DNA from: Candidatus Poribacteria bacterium
GTDB taxonomy: Bacteria; Poribacteria; WGA-4E; PCPOR2b
DNA: 64,000 nucleotides
NCBI GenBank assembly: GCA_965208675.1
Contig: OZ242351.1
Coordinates: 2,688,001 to 2,752,000, forward strand
Direction of reading: 5' to 3'
Shown: positions 20,789 through 31,138 of the stretch, piece after piece
How the letters are laid out: every line of letters starts with the position of its first letter
Position numbering within the stretch: the stretch's first letter is position 1
Notes under the pieces: model-generated
Seen by the model: the letters and a program-made list of their open reading frames with translations, nothing else
Database searches by the model: none
What the model was told of the DNA's origin: nothing
Made by a program: the position numbers and the translations under genes

Positions 20789-22216
20789 ATGAAAAAAATA
20801 TACGAACCGCTTGCTGATTTCAAGACCGCGGACTTGCCCGAGAAAACCATGCCGTTTTGGAAGATTGCTGGACCAGGGGCTATTTTGGTCGGGCTCTCCA
20901 TCGGAGCAGGCGAGATTGTGATTTGGCCGCGCATTGCAGCGGAGTACGGCGGCAGTATGGTCTGGGCGGCTGTCCTAGGCGTGTTTCTGCAACTATGGAT
21001 TAACTTCGAAGTGGGACGCTGGACAGTTGCTACGGGTGAAACGGTCTACACCGGTTACTGCCGCGTGTGGCGCGGGTTTGCGCCGCTGTTCATCCTCATC
21101 ACCGTGCTAAGCTGGATAGCGCCCGGCTGGGCGAGGGTTTCCGGATTAGCGCTCAAAGCCCTGCTGGTCGGACCTGGTGGTTGGGGAACCGACACATTCT
21201 GGACCGTCGTCACCTTTGGCACCGTCGCTCTACTCCTTTTTGGCCCCAAGATGATTTATCACTCGGTTGAGCGAACTATTGAGTTGCTCGTCATCATCGT
21301 CACGGTGGGGCTCATCGTAGTCGCCGTCGCTGTCGGTTCGGCAAATACGTGGAAAGAGCTGGGTGCAGGCATTCTGAATGTTGGCTACAAAGCACCAAAC
21401 ATGACGGTGAAAGCCATGTTCATCGCAATCGTTTTTGCGGGCGCCGGTGGTACGGCGAACCTCTTCTACACCTTCTATCTTCGAGATAAGAATATCGGCA
21501 TGGGTGCGCGCCTTCCGCAGTTGCAAAACCCGCTTCGGGGCAGGACCGAGACCGTTCCATCCACGGGATTTGTCTTCGAGGACACAACGCAGAATCGTGA
21601 TCGGTTCAAGGCGTGGTGGAGTTATATCAAGAAAGATCAGCTAATTTTCTTCTGGGCGTTGAACACCGTCACCATCTTACTCTTCATCTTCGGTGCACTC
21701 GCCGTTTTGCATCCTCAAGGGATCGTACCCGCGAAGGGAACCCTCATCTGGGACGAAGCACGGGTGCTGGGCGAAGTGTGGGGCAGCCCCGGGCGCGTAA
21801 TCTTTCTGATCGTCGGCGTGGCAACCCTCTTTGGAACGCAGCTCGCCCTGGTTGATGGGGTCTCGCGGTCGATTGCCGACATTGTATACACAAATTTCAA
21901 GGGTGCTCAGAAACGTGAGTTGAGTTGGTGGTACTTGCTTGTGGCGGGCACGTGGATCGTCGCCGGCTGTTTGATAACCTTCGTAATGGAGCAGAAGGGT
22001 GTCAGCGAACTCGGCTTTCTCTTCAACGCAGCTTACATGGGCGGGTTCGCCATGGCAATCTATGTGCCGCTCACGCTCTATATCAATCACCGGTTCTTGC
22101 CGAAGGCTGCCAAGCCGAAAAGTATCTCAACCGTGATTATGGTTCTCGCCTCGCTTGTCTACATTGGATTTGCAATTTCATGTGTCGTCTGGGAAATTGG
22201 ACGGTTGATTGGGTAA
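20789..22216 (+). CDS. Nramp-like (APC superfamily) membrane transporter
   Basis: GPGAILVGLSIGAGE..IWP, TGET, about 11 hydrophobic segments. Confidence 0.8.
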   Translation: MKKIYEPLADFKTADLPEKTMPFWKIAGPGAILVGLSIGAGEIVIWPRIAAEYGGSMVWAAVLGVFLQLWINFEVGRWTVATGETVYTGYCRVWRGFAPLFILITVLSWIAPGWARVSGLALKALLVGPGGWGTDTFWTVVTFGTVALLLFGPKMIYHSVERTIELLVIIVTVGLIVVAVAVGSANTWKELGAGILNVGYKAPNMTVKAMFIAIVFAGAGGTANLFYTFYLRDKNIGMGARLPQLQNPLRGRTETVPSTGFVFEDTTQNRDRFKAWWSYIKKDQLIFFWALNTVTILLFIFGALAVLHPQGIVPAKGTLIWDEARVLGEVWGSPGRVIFLIVGVATLFGTQLALVDGVSRSIADIVYTNFKGAQKRELSWWYLLVAGTWIVAGCLITFVMEQKGVSELGFLFNAAYMGGFAMAIYVPLTLYINHRFLPKAAKPKSISTVIMVLASLVYIGFAISCVVWEIGRLIG

Positions 22217-22363
22217 TGGTAGAGGCGTCGATGACAAGTAAAACCTTGAAATTAAGTTGATTGGGAAGGCGTACGATGAGTATGAGTAGAGAAGATTGCT
22301 TTATCAGTGCGCCACCCGGCAACTGAATTGCCAAAGCCGCAACGCCCACTATGCCGCCACAGT

Positions 22364-23953
22364 ATGAAGTTCCGACATTTACTATCGATTCTCCTAATCT
22401 CGTCCTTACGAACCGCCGCAAGTTTCGCTGACCGCGGCGATGAAATCCTTCCCTTAGTCCAGTCAGAAAACCTGAAAGCGCACATCATTGCGTTGCAGGA
22501 AAACGTACAGCAGACGCCAACTCCTGCATCGGAAAACCTCCCACCCTCGGATGCATCGGCAAACAACCCTGTAGCCTACCGCACGCGAAGTTCCTATCAT
22601 CGAGACGCTGCGGATAATGCAGCGCGGTACATTGTAAACCAGTTTCGCCGCTCGCCGCGATTGGAAGTCGAAATAGAAGAATTCAGCGGGTTGAAAAACG
22701 TCGTTGCTAGGCTGCCTGCTCAGAACGGTTCAAAAAGCGATCGAATCTTCGTTCTCTGCGCCCACTACGACAGCATAGGCGATCGAGATTACGCGGGTTG
22801 GAATCCATTGATTTCAGACGCGCCCGGCGCGAACGATAACGCGACTGGCGTCGCCGCGATGCTTGAGATTGCCCATCTGTTAAGCCGGTATAATTACGAT
22901 CACGAGTTGCGGTTCATCGCACTTGACGGTGGAGAAATCGGACGACAGGGGAGTCTGCATCACGCCAAAAAGGCAGCACAGGCAGGCGAAAACATTGTCC
23001 TTGCCATCAATATCGACATGATCGGCTTCAACTGGATAACGGATCTCGTCGAAGTGCTCGCGAATGATTCGGACGACTACTCCGCCTGGATTGGCGAGAT
23101 GGCGTTGATAGCAAATGAATGGTACGATATTGGATTGGAGATTCTACCAATTCGTGATGGGTCGCTCAGCGCCGGCGATCACAGCCCGTTTTGGAATGAA
23201 GGCTATCGGGCGGTCACTTTCACTGAAAGCACAACGCCGCGGCAAGATTCGCTTGGCTATGAAGCGAATTCCTTTTATCATACCTTTCGCGACACGGTTG
23301 AAAAGGTCAACTTGCAATTGGTTCGTAAAGTAACTCAACTTGCGCTCGTTATGCTGAATGGCCTGGCAAGCCAATCACTTCAAAGTGCCTCCATTGCTAG
23401 CGTTACAATCGATCCCATCCCCGCCGCGAACCTTAATCCGGTCAATATCACGGGTCGGTTCGAGTCCACGTATCCGGTCGAAATTGTCTTGAGTCCAGGC
23501 AATGTCCTCGCTAACCTAGACCGAATTAATCGCACTTATCAGGCGGAAGTAACGTTGCAACCGGGGGAAAATCTCGTGCGTGCAACGGTTGTGTATCCAC
23601 TTGGTGCAAGTTCCGTTGAACGCACTATCCTGTTTGAACCTGATTTTGAATGGATAAGCGCGGCGGTATTTCCCAATCCCGCTCGATTGACGGATGAATT
23701 GACTCAATTACGAGGCGAAAGCAATTTACCAATGGAGGCGTTGAATTTTTTTATCTATGCGTCTGACGGGTCGTTGGTGAAACAGAAGACGGGCGTGCCG
23801 GATGGATCTGACCCGCGCATTTGGCGAGCCTGGTGGAATCACCAGAATGCATCGGGGCGGGAGGTCGCTACAGGCATATACGTGTGTAAATTTGAGGCGT
23901 CAGTTAAAGGCGAGACGTATTCGCGAATCAAAAAGCTGGCAATCGTTCGGTAA
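22364..23953 (+). CDS. Secreted M28 family metallopeptidase with a C-terminal FlgD-Ig/T9SS-CTD-like domain
   Basis: AHYDS, GANDNATG, NIDMIG, GDHSPF, YHT; C-terminal FPNP...IY..DG.LV...W......G..VATGIY. Confidence 0.85.
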   Translation: MKFRHLLSILLISSLRTAASFADRGDEILPLVQSENLKAHIIALQENVQQTPTPASENLPPSDASANNPVAYRTRSSYHRDAADNAARYIVNQFRRSPRLEVEIEEFSGLKNVVARLPAQNGSKSDRIFVLCAHYDSIGDRDYAGWNPLISDAPGANDNATGVAAMLEIAHLLSRYNYDHELRFIALDGGEIGRQGSLHHAKKAAQAGENIVLAINIDMIGFNWITDLVEVLANDSDDYSAWIGEMALIANEWYDIGLEILPIRDGSLSAGDHSPFWNEGYRAVTFTESTTPRQDSLGYEANSFYHTFRDTVEKVNLQLVRKVTQLALVMLNGLASQSLQSASIASVTIDPIPAANLNPVNITGRFESTYPVEIVLSPGNVLANLDRINRTYQAEVTLQPGENLVRATVVYPLGASSVERTILFEPDFEWISAAVFPNPARLTDELTQLRGESNLPMEALNFFIYASDGSLVKQKTGVPDGSDPRIWRAWWNHQNASGREVATGIYVCKFEASVKGETYSRIKKLAIVR

Positions 23954-24144
23954 CGGACAGAAAATTCGCGAGAAAACAGTTGTGACAGCGGAACGATTCT
24001 GAAGCATCGCTAAAGAAACATGGACAAAACGATGTCGTCTGTGCTATTATTTTAGGAATGCTAACGGTAACGATTCCCCTAGCCGAATCCATAACGCGAC
24101 TCGACCATCTTATACATAATGACATTGAAAGGAGGTGACAAAAA

Positions 24145-24441
24145 TTGCCTCAAAGAGAAGGAAAGCAGACCGATTTCAGGAGGAAGTCTGCACTGAAACA
24201 CCTTCGCGCTGATCCGAAGAAGCGTGAGCGGAACTTTAGACAGAAATCCGCTATGCGGACGATGGTGAAGAAGACCGAAGCCGTGATTGAAGAAAAGGAT
24301 TTAGATCAAGCACAGGAACTATATCGACAAGCCGCCAGCCACCTTGACAGAGCAGCACAGAAGGGCGTTATCAAAAAAGGTATGGCGAATCGGAAAAAAT
24401 CTCGTCTTGCTCGCAGAATAAACAGCATGGCCGCGGCTTAG
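24145..24441 (+). CDS. rpsT: 30S ribosomal protein S20
   Basis: KSALK...RN...KSAMRT.VKK...DRAAQKGVIKK..ANRKKSRLA; AGGAGGTG Shine-Dalgarno before a TTG start. Confidence 0.93.
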   Translation: MPQREGKQTDFRRKSALKHLRADPKKRERNFRQKSAMRTMVKKTEAVIEEKDLDQAQELYRQAASHLDRAAQKGVIKKGMANRKKSRLARRINSMAAA

Positions 24442-24629
24442 TGCATGAGTTTATAGTGCCGTTATCGAATTGACTCTCCTAACCGCGTTGTAGGTCGTTG
24501 GAACTCGAGTAAGAACTGTGGGAGGCTGTTCCTCACGGAAAATCTAGGACAGGTATAGCGACTACTCGTATGCTTTTCGCCTAAGTGTGGATGAAATTAC
24601 TATCGGTGTTGCAGCGCCTCGTACCAAGT

Positions 24630-25970
24630 TTAGCGCGAAAGCACCTCTCCTTGAATAAACTCACCGTCTAACGCCAACAACTTCACCGGCAAAATTTGGT
24701 TAATCGCAGAATCTGGACAATTCAATAAAACGCGCAAGTAATTCCCCGTAAACCCCGCTAACTGTCGATCTTCCCCTTCCCGGCTATCCTCGACTAACAC
24801 ATCCATGGCCTTGCCCAACATCCGACACCGGAATTGGTCTCGGAGTTTCTTTCCAAGTGCAATCATCGCCTTGCTTCGCTCCGCCGATATGTGCGGCGGT
24901 ATCTGATCGGGATACTCGGCTGCTGCTGTGCCTTGCCGAGGAGAATATCGAAACACGTGCAACTGGCTGAATCCCATCTCCTCGACGAATTGGAGCGAAT
25001 CGTCAAAATTCGCATCGGTCTCCCCAGGGAAACCGACCATGACATCGGTGGTCACGGCGACGCTCGGGAAAGCCAGCCGCAACTTTTCCACTAGGCGCCC
25101 ATATTCATCCGTTGAGTACTGCCGGCGCATGCGGCGCAGAATTGTGTCGCTGCCCGACTGCAGCGGCAGATGGAAATGCGGCATGCACTTTGGCAAGTCC
25201 GCCAGCCTATCTATGAGGTCCTCAGGGAAATTCATTGGCTCAATCGAACTAAAGCGGATGCGTTCAATCCCTTCAATAGGATGCACCCCCTCCAGAACAT
25301 CGGCGAACGTTGAATTTCTCCGGATATCCTTCCCGTAAGTTCCCATGTGCACGCCTGTGATAACGACCTCCTTGTATCCATTTGCGGCAATCTGCTCTGT
25401 TTCTTTCACGATATGCGCTATAGGGCGGCTGGTCATGCGTCCGCGGACATAAGGGATGATACAGTAGGTACAGAAGGCGCTGCACCCATCTTGAATCTTT
25501 ATGAGCGCACGCGTGCGTTCGGTCAAACCGCTCACGCCCATGTGATTAAATCGGGCATGTTCACGGATCGGGTCATGCTGCACCGGTTTTATTTGTAAGA
25601 GCGGTGAATCATCTTCAGCCGCGTCATCGCCGTGAATTTCATTAAGATACGCTTGAAGATTGGCTTTTTCGCGGTTTCCGAAAACGAACGATACACCGGG
25701 AATCTTTTCGATTTCCCTCTGGCCGCTTTCCGCGTAGCACCCCGTAACGAGCACCTTGGCGTTTGGGTTCTTTCGGATGGCGCGGCGAATAGCCTGACGC
25801 GCTTTTTGGTCAGCAACATGCGTCACGGTGCAGGTGTTGAAGAAGTAAATGTCCGCAGATTCATCCTCATCAACGACGGTGTAACCGTTTCGCCGCACGG
25901 TTTCCTGCATTGACTGCGTATCATATTGGTTGACCTTGCACCCGAAGGTGATGAGCGCTGCTGTAGGCAT
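24630..25970 (-). CDS. mtaB: tRNA t6A37 methylthiotransferase
   Basis: TFGCKVNQYDT, NTCTVT, KIQDGCSAFCTYCIIP, RFSSIEP, TRAM-like C-terminus. Confidence 0.93.
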   Translation of the reverse strand: MPTAALITFGCKVNQYDTQSMQETVRRNGYTVVDEDESADIYFFNTCTVTHVADQKARQAIRRAIRKNPNAKVLVTGCYAESGQREIEKIPGVSFVFGNREKANLQAYLNEIHGDDAAEDDSPLLQIKPVQHDPIREHARFNHMGVSGLTERTRALIKIQDGCSAFCTYCIIPYVRGRMTSRPIAHIVKETEQIAANGYKEVVITGVHMGTYGKDIRRNSTFADVLEGVHPIEGIERIRFSSIEPMNFPEDLIDRLADLPKCMPHFHLPLQSGSDTILRRMRRQYSTDEYGRLVEKLRLAFPSVAVTTDVMVGFPGETDANFDDSLQFVEEMGFSQLHVFRYSPRQGTAAAEYPDQIPPHISAERSKAMIALGKKLRDQFRCRMLGKAMDVLVEDSREGEDRQLAGFTGNYLRVLLNCPDSAINQILPVKLLALDGEFIQGEVLSR

Positions 25971-25998
25971 TTTTTTTCCAACTCTCTCTGCCAGTTAC

Positions 25999-26031
25999 AG
26001 AAACCGAGTTTTCAAGAAAAAACTCGGTTTC
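25999..26031. repeat. Short palindrome, gaaaccgagtttt...aaaactcggtttc family
   Basis: Hairpin repeated near 47074-47106; may also serve as a terminator. Confidence 0.6.
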
Positions 26032-26079
26032 AAGTCACATTGTTCTTGACCATTGCAAGATTTTCGAATTCCTCATCAA

Positions 26080-26673
26080 TTACTCAAGCCGCTGAAAAAC
26101 ATAATCTGTGTCCTGGACACCCGAATGACAGCTTTCGCAGAGCTTGCCTTTTGCGAGCACCGTGAACGCTGCGTCCCCTTCTCGGCGCGAGTATTCGATG
26201 AACGTCCAGTCGTTTGCTCCAGGATTACTTCCCGCCTCTTTCGTCATGAGCGCAAATATTCCGATGAAGTCTTGGTCGGATCGGTAAACTGGTTTAACAA
26301 TGATACTTCCGTCCGGATAAGGAAACTTCTGCTCTCCGTCCGGTGCGAGGGCTTCACGTTCCTGATTGATAAGAATATCCTTCGTGCCGAAGTGTGCGGG
26401 CGAGCCGCCTACAATCGGTTCCGCGTTCATCTTGAGCCAAGTCTCAAATCCGGCGGTGTAGTCAGGCAGCCCGGGAAGCGCTTCCGGTTGTTCCACCATC
26501 ATGCCGTCTGGCTCTTTATCCCCGTCCTCAGGTTGCATCTCGCCGTCTGTCATGGGAGACACCGGTTCTCCCTCATCGCCGCACGAAAGTAAAACCGATG
26601 ATCCAATTAGAATCAGCGCAAGTAAGATATTCATCCGATAGTTATTTTGCCGTATTATGATATCCGCCTCCAT
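26080..26673 (-). CDS. Cytochrome P460-family lipoprotein
   Basis: Lipobox LLSC, YPDGSIIVK, MTK, DWTFIEY, C-terminal CESCH then DYVF. Confidence 0.7.
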   Translation of the reverse strand: MEADIIIRQNNYRMNILLALILIGSSVLLSCGDEGEPVSPMTDGEMQPEDGDKEPDGMMVEQPEALPGLPDYTAGFETWLKMNAEPIVGGSPAHFGTKDILINQEREALAPDGEQKFPYPDGSIIVKPVYRSDQDFIGIFALMTKEAGSNPGANDWTFIEYSRREGDAAFTVLAKGKLCESCHSGVQDTDYVFQRLE

Positions 26674-27030
26674 TTCGTTGTTTGGTTATTGAACCGCTCC
26701 ATGGCGCCGCATGCGAACACCGCAACCGCGCTGTACGGAACCACATGCAGCCACGGGATTAGAACATTGTTGTTTACCGCAGCGGCCCGTCAATCTGTCA
26801 ATTGTAATTTGAGCCGCCTTTTTTGTCAATTAAAATTCCACAGTTGCCGTCAACGGGTGAAGGGATTTTATCCTTGACACCGCCGTGCACGTTTGCCAAA
26901 ATTGACTACGGATGGTATGCAGAAAAAGCGGTTGAACGTGTCCGGCACGATGAAGGATTCACCGCCATTCTGCGGCAAGGGCGTAGACGTTCCCTACGTT
27001 GCGGCAGTATTTGAATGAGGCTAAACGCAT

Positions 27031-27636
27031 ATGGCAAAATCTGACGATTCAAAGGCACACACCAGACGATCCTTTTTTCGGGAGGCGTTGTCTAGGCTTG
27101 CGCAGCCGGTCGCAGAGTACGTGGATTCACAGATTGGCGCATATATTCCCGTCGAAACAACGTTGTTGCGTCCGCCAGGGGCGATTATTGAAGATGAGTT
27201 TTTGGATACGTGTGTGCGCAGCGGAGCCTGTGTAAACAGTTGTCCGGCTCGTGCAATCCAGCCTATCAATTCACGCGACCCCGATCGGGCGGGAACCCCG
27301 TTCATCGATCCGGACTATCAACCGTGCGTGGTCTGCGAGACGCTCGAATGCATGAACGTATGCCCGAGCGGGGCGCTGCAAAAGCTGACGGTCAATGAGA
27401 TTCAGATTGGGTTAGCGATCGTCAATTATGATACATGCCTTCGAACACAAGCAATCGGCTGCCGCGACTGCGTCGACAGTTGCCCAATCGGTGAGAGCGC
27501 GATAAGGATAGACGCACATAACCGGGTTGAGGTCATGTCGCCGGGCTGCGTCGGGTGCGGGGTCTGCCAGTATCACTGTCCAACCTCGCCAAAATCAATT
27601 CGCGTTGAACCGGTAAAGGCGGTGGAGAGTGGTTAG
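27031..27636 (+). CDS. MauM/NapG-type multi-[4Fe-4S] ferredoxin
   Basis: RRSFF, LRPPGA..E.EF..TC, GTP, four Cys clusters. Confidence 0.85.
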   Translation: MAKSDDSKAHTRRSFFREALSRLAQPVAEYVDSQIGAYIPVETTLLRPPGAIIEDEFLDTCVRSGACVNSCPARAIQPINSRDPDRAGTPFIDPDYQPCVVCETLECMNVCPSGALQKLTVNEIQIGLAIVNYDTCLRTQAIGCRDCVDSCPIGESAIRIDAHNRVEVMSPGCVGCGVCQYHCPTSPKSIRVEPVKAVESG

Positions 27637-27655
27637 TGGAGAGTTAAAAAAGCCT

Positions 27656-27797
27656 TTGTAGGTTGGGTTGAGCGGAATTGACGAACCAACGCATATGTGC
27701 CGCATGCGCTGCGAGTCTTGATTGCACTCAAAATTCGAATTGATGAAGCGTAACCCAACGTTTTTTAACTTTCGAACGATAGAAAAGCGTTGGGTTT
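27656..27797. repeat. Partial REP-doublet element
   Basis: ttgtaggttgggttgagcgg...aacccaacg...gcgttgggttt. Confidence 0.7.
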
Positions 27798-27842
27798 AGG
27801 AAATGCTTTCGCGTTCTAAAACCGGATTTCACTATCATCGGA

Positions 27843-28142
27843 ATGCTGTTGTCGCCGGTAACGGCGCAAAAGGCGTTTGAAACGATACAGTGTTCTAAGT
27901 TAGAGGTCCTTGATGCGGAAGGAACAGCGCGAGTGACAATCTCCACGGACGATCAGGGCGGGGTTGTCACGGCGTACGGAAAGGAGGGACATTCGGAGGC
28001 ATCTTTCCGCGCCGAAGAAGATGGCGGGCGCGTTGCTTTCGTCGGTAAAGACGGCCAAACGAGGGCGTTTCTCTTCACCGACCCACATACCGGGCGTATC
28101 GGGACGATTGATAAGTTTGGCGGTTATACAATCCGACAATAA
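27843..28142 (+). CDS. Paralog family A protein, probably 5'-truncated
   Basis: SPVTAQKAFETIQCSKLEVLD and a DKFG end; most of the signal region is absent and the ORF abuts a REP. Confidence 0.5.
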   Translation: MLLSPVTAQKAFETIQCSKLEVLDAEGTARVTISTDDQGGVVTAYGKEGHSEASFRAEEDGGRVAFVGKDGQTRAFLFTDPHTGRIGTIDKFGGYTIRQ

Positions 28143-28191
28143 TCTGATTGTAAAGCCAGAAACAGACTATTCGGACAGCCTATTGATAGGC

Positions 28192-28650
28192 TTACTCTCC
28201 GCCGGGTGGTAACGTCCAACCGTTTTTCGTGGCAAGCTCGGCGAGAGCAATCCTGAGTAAGCGAAATGCGTATTTCTGCTTGTTAGTTGTTCCAAAGAAT
28301 TCAGGAGTAACAGCAATTTTCGAATGGGCAGGATTATCGGAAGTAGGGTCATAGATAACATCTACGGCGTGGACAATCTCCTTGTCTTCGGTTTTTGTTT
28401 CCACCTCTCCTAATGCACGAACATCACCAGCTATCAGGCTAATAATGCCATCAGTATCATGTAACCGAGAAAGAGAGGGATTAACTCTAAAAATTGCCCT
28501 GTCTACAGATGGTGTTCGATTCCTATCACTAAAAGCCTTAGGGAGAATTCTTAGTTTTCCATCATTGAGAATGTACTCTTTGTCTTCTAATTTTCCGCGT
28601 ACGCTGCGATAGAGTTCTTCACTGTCTCGCACGTAGTCGTTTTTATCCAT
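28192..28650 (-). CDS. Hypothetical protein, putative ADP-ribosyltransferase-like fold
   Basis: ELYRSV...AF...PSVDR...DP..DNPAH; ATG at 28650 overlaps the upstream stop. Confidence 0.55.
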   Translation of the reverse strand: MDKNDYVRDSEELYRSVRGKLEDKEYILNDGKLRILPKAFSDRNRTPSVDRAIFRVNPSLSRLHDTDGIISLIAGDVRALGEVETKTEDKEIVHAVDVIYDPTSDNPAHSKIAVTPEFFGTTNKQKYAFRLLRIALAELATKNGWTLPPGGE

Positions 28651-29326
28651 AAAGCAACCAATTCCAAACTCTGAGATAGTCCTTACCATGAAGCGTGTCG
28701 ACATGCATTTCGGTCTCAATATTCAGGCCCCACACCTGAATATACACCACCGTTTTTCCCTCGATTTGAAAATGCAGTTGCCGCTCTTCTCCGTACCATT
28801 CTACAGATATATTTCCGTCTTCATCGCTGGAAATTAACGGTGTGATCCACGAATGTCCTTCAGTAACGACGGTATGAAGAAATTCTTCCATGAGGTGCTT
28901 CGCGTGATTAAAACTTAATTCGTTTGGCTTCTTGGATTCATACCCATCCCAATTGTATTCTCGTTGGGAAATACCTTCAAATTGCTTTAATATCTTGCGT
29001 CTGTCGAAGTCTAAGGTGGTATACCTGTCAATGCTTGCTATGCCTAAATCTGTAGTTGGAGTTTCCGCTCTCCGAGCAGGTGGGGGCCAATAATTGCTAG
29101 TATTCCATTGGACTATAACATCAAATTGCTCCAATAGCTCGCGTCTTTGAATGCCATCTTCCCCACTGATGTCTTCTCGAGTGATTCCAAATCCACTCCC
29201 ATACTTTAGTCTGACCGATGTCCCTTTGTCCTTTTCAACATGTTTGGGATTCATGTCAACTTCCAAGCGCAATGGATAGTATGTGATGTTTTGGTCGTTG
29301 GTAGCTACGTTGCCTGCGGCGGGCAT
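28643..29326 (-). CDS. Hypothetical protein with NWDGY motif
   Basis: Polar N-half; C-terminal YNWDGYES...P.I..D.DG.I..EW domain; middle gene of a coupled triad. Confidence 0.65.
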   Translation of the reverse strand: MPAAGNVATNDQNITYYPLRLEVDMNPKHVEKDKGTSVRLKYGSGFGITREDISGEDGIQRRELLEQFDVIVQWNTSNYWPPPARRAETPTTDLGIASIDRYTTLDFDRRKILKQFEGISQREYNWDGYESKKPNELSFNHAKHLMEEFLHTVVTEGHSWITPLISSDEDGNISVEWYGEERQLHFQIEGKTVVYIQVWGLNIETEMHVDTLHGKDYLRVWNWLLYG

Positions 29327-30111
29327 GACTTTCTCCCCCAGAACTGTTCTTGTATTTTCTCACTTATTAGGTTGGAGAAAAGTTCGAGAATTTCCCCGTG
29401 AGTGGAATTAAACCAATCTCGCATCGGTCTATACGGTTGGCTGCTATGTGCAGTGAATTCAATACGAAGAAGCAGGCGGTTGTCGAAAACTCGCCGAGCG
29501 GTTCGAATTGAAAATTGCAGTTGTCCACGATCATTCGGGAGCCCCAACACCATCTGCCAGTCAATCTCTCTTACATCGCTCGAAAGTATATTCTTGCCAA
29601 TTGGCGGGGAAAAATTCGGAAATACTTCTTCCAAATTATTAAGCGTCTCCCAACCTTCATTTTCTAGAATGTGGTCGATATATGTTATCTCATAGCGTGC
29701 GGGTACGAGATCTCCCAATTTTTCCTCGGCGAGAAACTCCTGGAATCGAGACAGATAATTTTCGAAATTTTCTATGACTGTTGCATAGCCCGGATATTCA
29801 TCATTGGGTCTTCTTCTGCGCCAATTATGCAAAAAACGATTAAACTGCACTTGAATGATTTCGTTTTCGTCTTTGTGTACAAACCAAACCCTTGGCGGCG
29901 GCAGTTTAGTACGATCATTCAAGTCCTGTTCCGATATTGGAGCAAGCGGGTTTTGATCTTCAAGTCCAGAAAATTCGGGCCTGAATTTTTCCCAAAGTAT
30001 GCCGAAATGTCCCGTTTGAAACCCCTTTATTGAATCGAAAAGGATACCGCAGACAATCTCATTTATGGGCGGGTTCTGATATTTTATGGTTTGCTGTCCT
30101 GCCGTGACCAT
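29305..30111 (-). CDS. TIGR04255 family protein
   Basis: YQNPPINEIVCGILF, RVWF, IQVQ..RF..NWR, YPGY, YEITYID, W...H...F...I. Confidence 0.8.
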   Translation of the reverse strand: MVTAGQQTIKYQNPPINEIVCGILFDSIKGFQTGHFGILWEKFRPEFSGLEDQNPLAPISEQDLNDRTKLPPPRVWFVHKDENEIIQVQFNRFLHNWRRRRPNDEYPGYATVIENFENYLSRFQEFLAEEKLGDLVPARYEITYIDHILENEGWETLNNLEEVFPNFSPPIGKNILSSDVREIDWQMVLGLPNDRGQLQFSIRTARRVFDNRLLLRIEFTAHSSQPYRPMRDWFNSTHGEILELFSNLISEKIQEQFWGRKSCPPQAT

Positions 30112-30374
30112 TGCGTGCTCACTTTGCCATTAATTTTACAAATCGGCTTTCAACCCTACGGCTTTCTAGACTGGCTGATATATTCTATCAGAGCAGTTGG
30201 CTAAGAACAACACCGCTTGCTCGTATCATTATACTTAAACGTTCGAATGCGCATCAAGGTTTGCTAACGCCATAATTTCGAACAGATGAAAGGAGGTTGG
30301 GCTGAGCGTTAATCAGCATCTTCATCGGCTACTTTTAGATTCGATTTGTACTGTTCAACTTAACCTATTTCACT

Positions 30375-31019
30375 CTAAAATCGAAGCGTCAATAGCGTAC
30401 CTAATCCGCTGCGTGACGCAACAGGATCCAAGCCAAGTGTGGCTCGGTCGCCGTCAAGTTGAAACAGGTGTCCGAAAGATTCAACTTGATTCTGCTGGTT
30501 TATTTTATTGGCAGACATCGGCGCGTCAATCAGCGACCATATTGCCCCGCCAAACAAGAGCAGATATCCAGGAACACTCATCCAGTCATCTTCATCGACG
30601 TCTAGGTTACCATCTGGTCGGTCCTCGTTATCCCCGCTAGCGCTCAGTGTAAATCCCAAACCGACTACAGCGGCGCCGAGTTGGATTGTGCCCTTTACGT
30701 ATTGGCCGTTGTAAAATTGTCCGGCTCCAATCATGGGAAACGAAAGACCGAGCGCTACCATGGGATTTTTCTTTTTCCCGATAGCGCGCATTCTCATCAC
30801 GGTCTCCTTGGAGATTTTATCTATCTCTTTCATCTTGTATCGGAATTCTTTGCCGTCAAATCTCACAATCTTCAGCGATTTTCCCGCGACCTGCTCGATG
30901 ACCGTTCCACGAACGATGCCTCCATTTTTCAAATAAACAACATCTTCCATCTCCTTTGCAAGCCCCTGAGTCGTTGCGAGAAATGCCACGGCGGCTGCAA
31001 TTAATATGAATCGGAACAT
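30375..31019 (-). CDS. Secreted or membrane hypothetical protein
   Basis: Signal peptide, DVVYLKNG.I.RG.VIEQ domain, KNP..A..LS....GAGQFYNG. Confidence 0.7.
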   Translation of the reverse strand: MFRFILIAAAVAFLATTQGLAKEMEDVVYLKNGGIVRGTVIEQVAGKSLKIVRFDGKEFRYKMKEIDKISKETVMRMRAIGKKKNPMVALGLSFPMIGAGQFYNGQYVKGTIQLGAAVVGLGFTLSASGDNEDRPDGNLDVDEDDWMSVPGYLLLFGGAIWSLIDAPMSANKINQQNQVESFGHLFQLDGDRATLGLDPVASRSGLGTLLTLRF

Positions 31020-31109
31020 ATTCTCCTCCTGAAGTCTTTATATTCGGACACGCTCTTAGGTTAGGGCTGCAATCCTACCAATGGCTGCCAATTGCCATTG
31101 AACAGAGCA

Positions 31110-31138
31110 ATTTTATCACGGTTAACTGGATGCGTCAA
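31110..31138 (-). promoter_or_regulatory. Sigma70 promoter
   Basis: TTGACG-17nt-TAAAAT on the minus strand. Confidence 0.55.
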
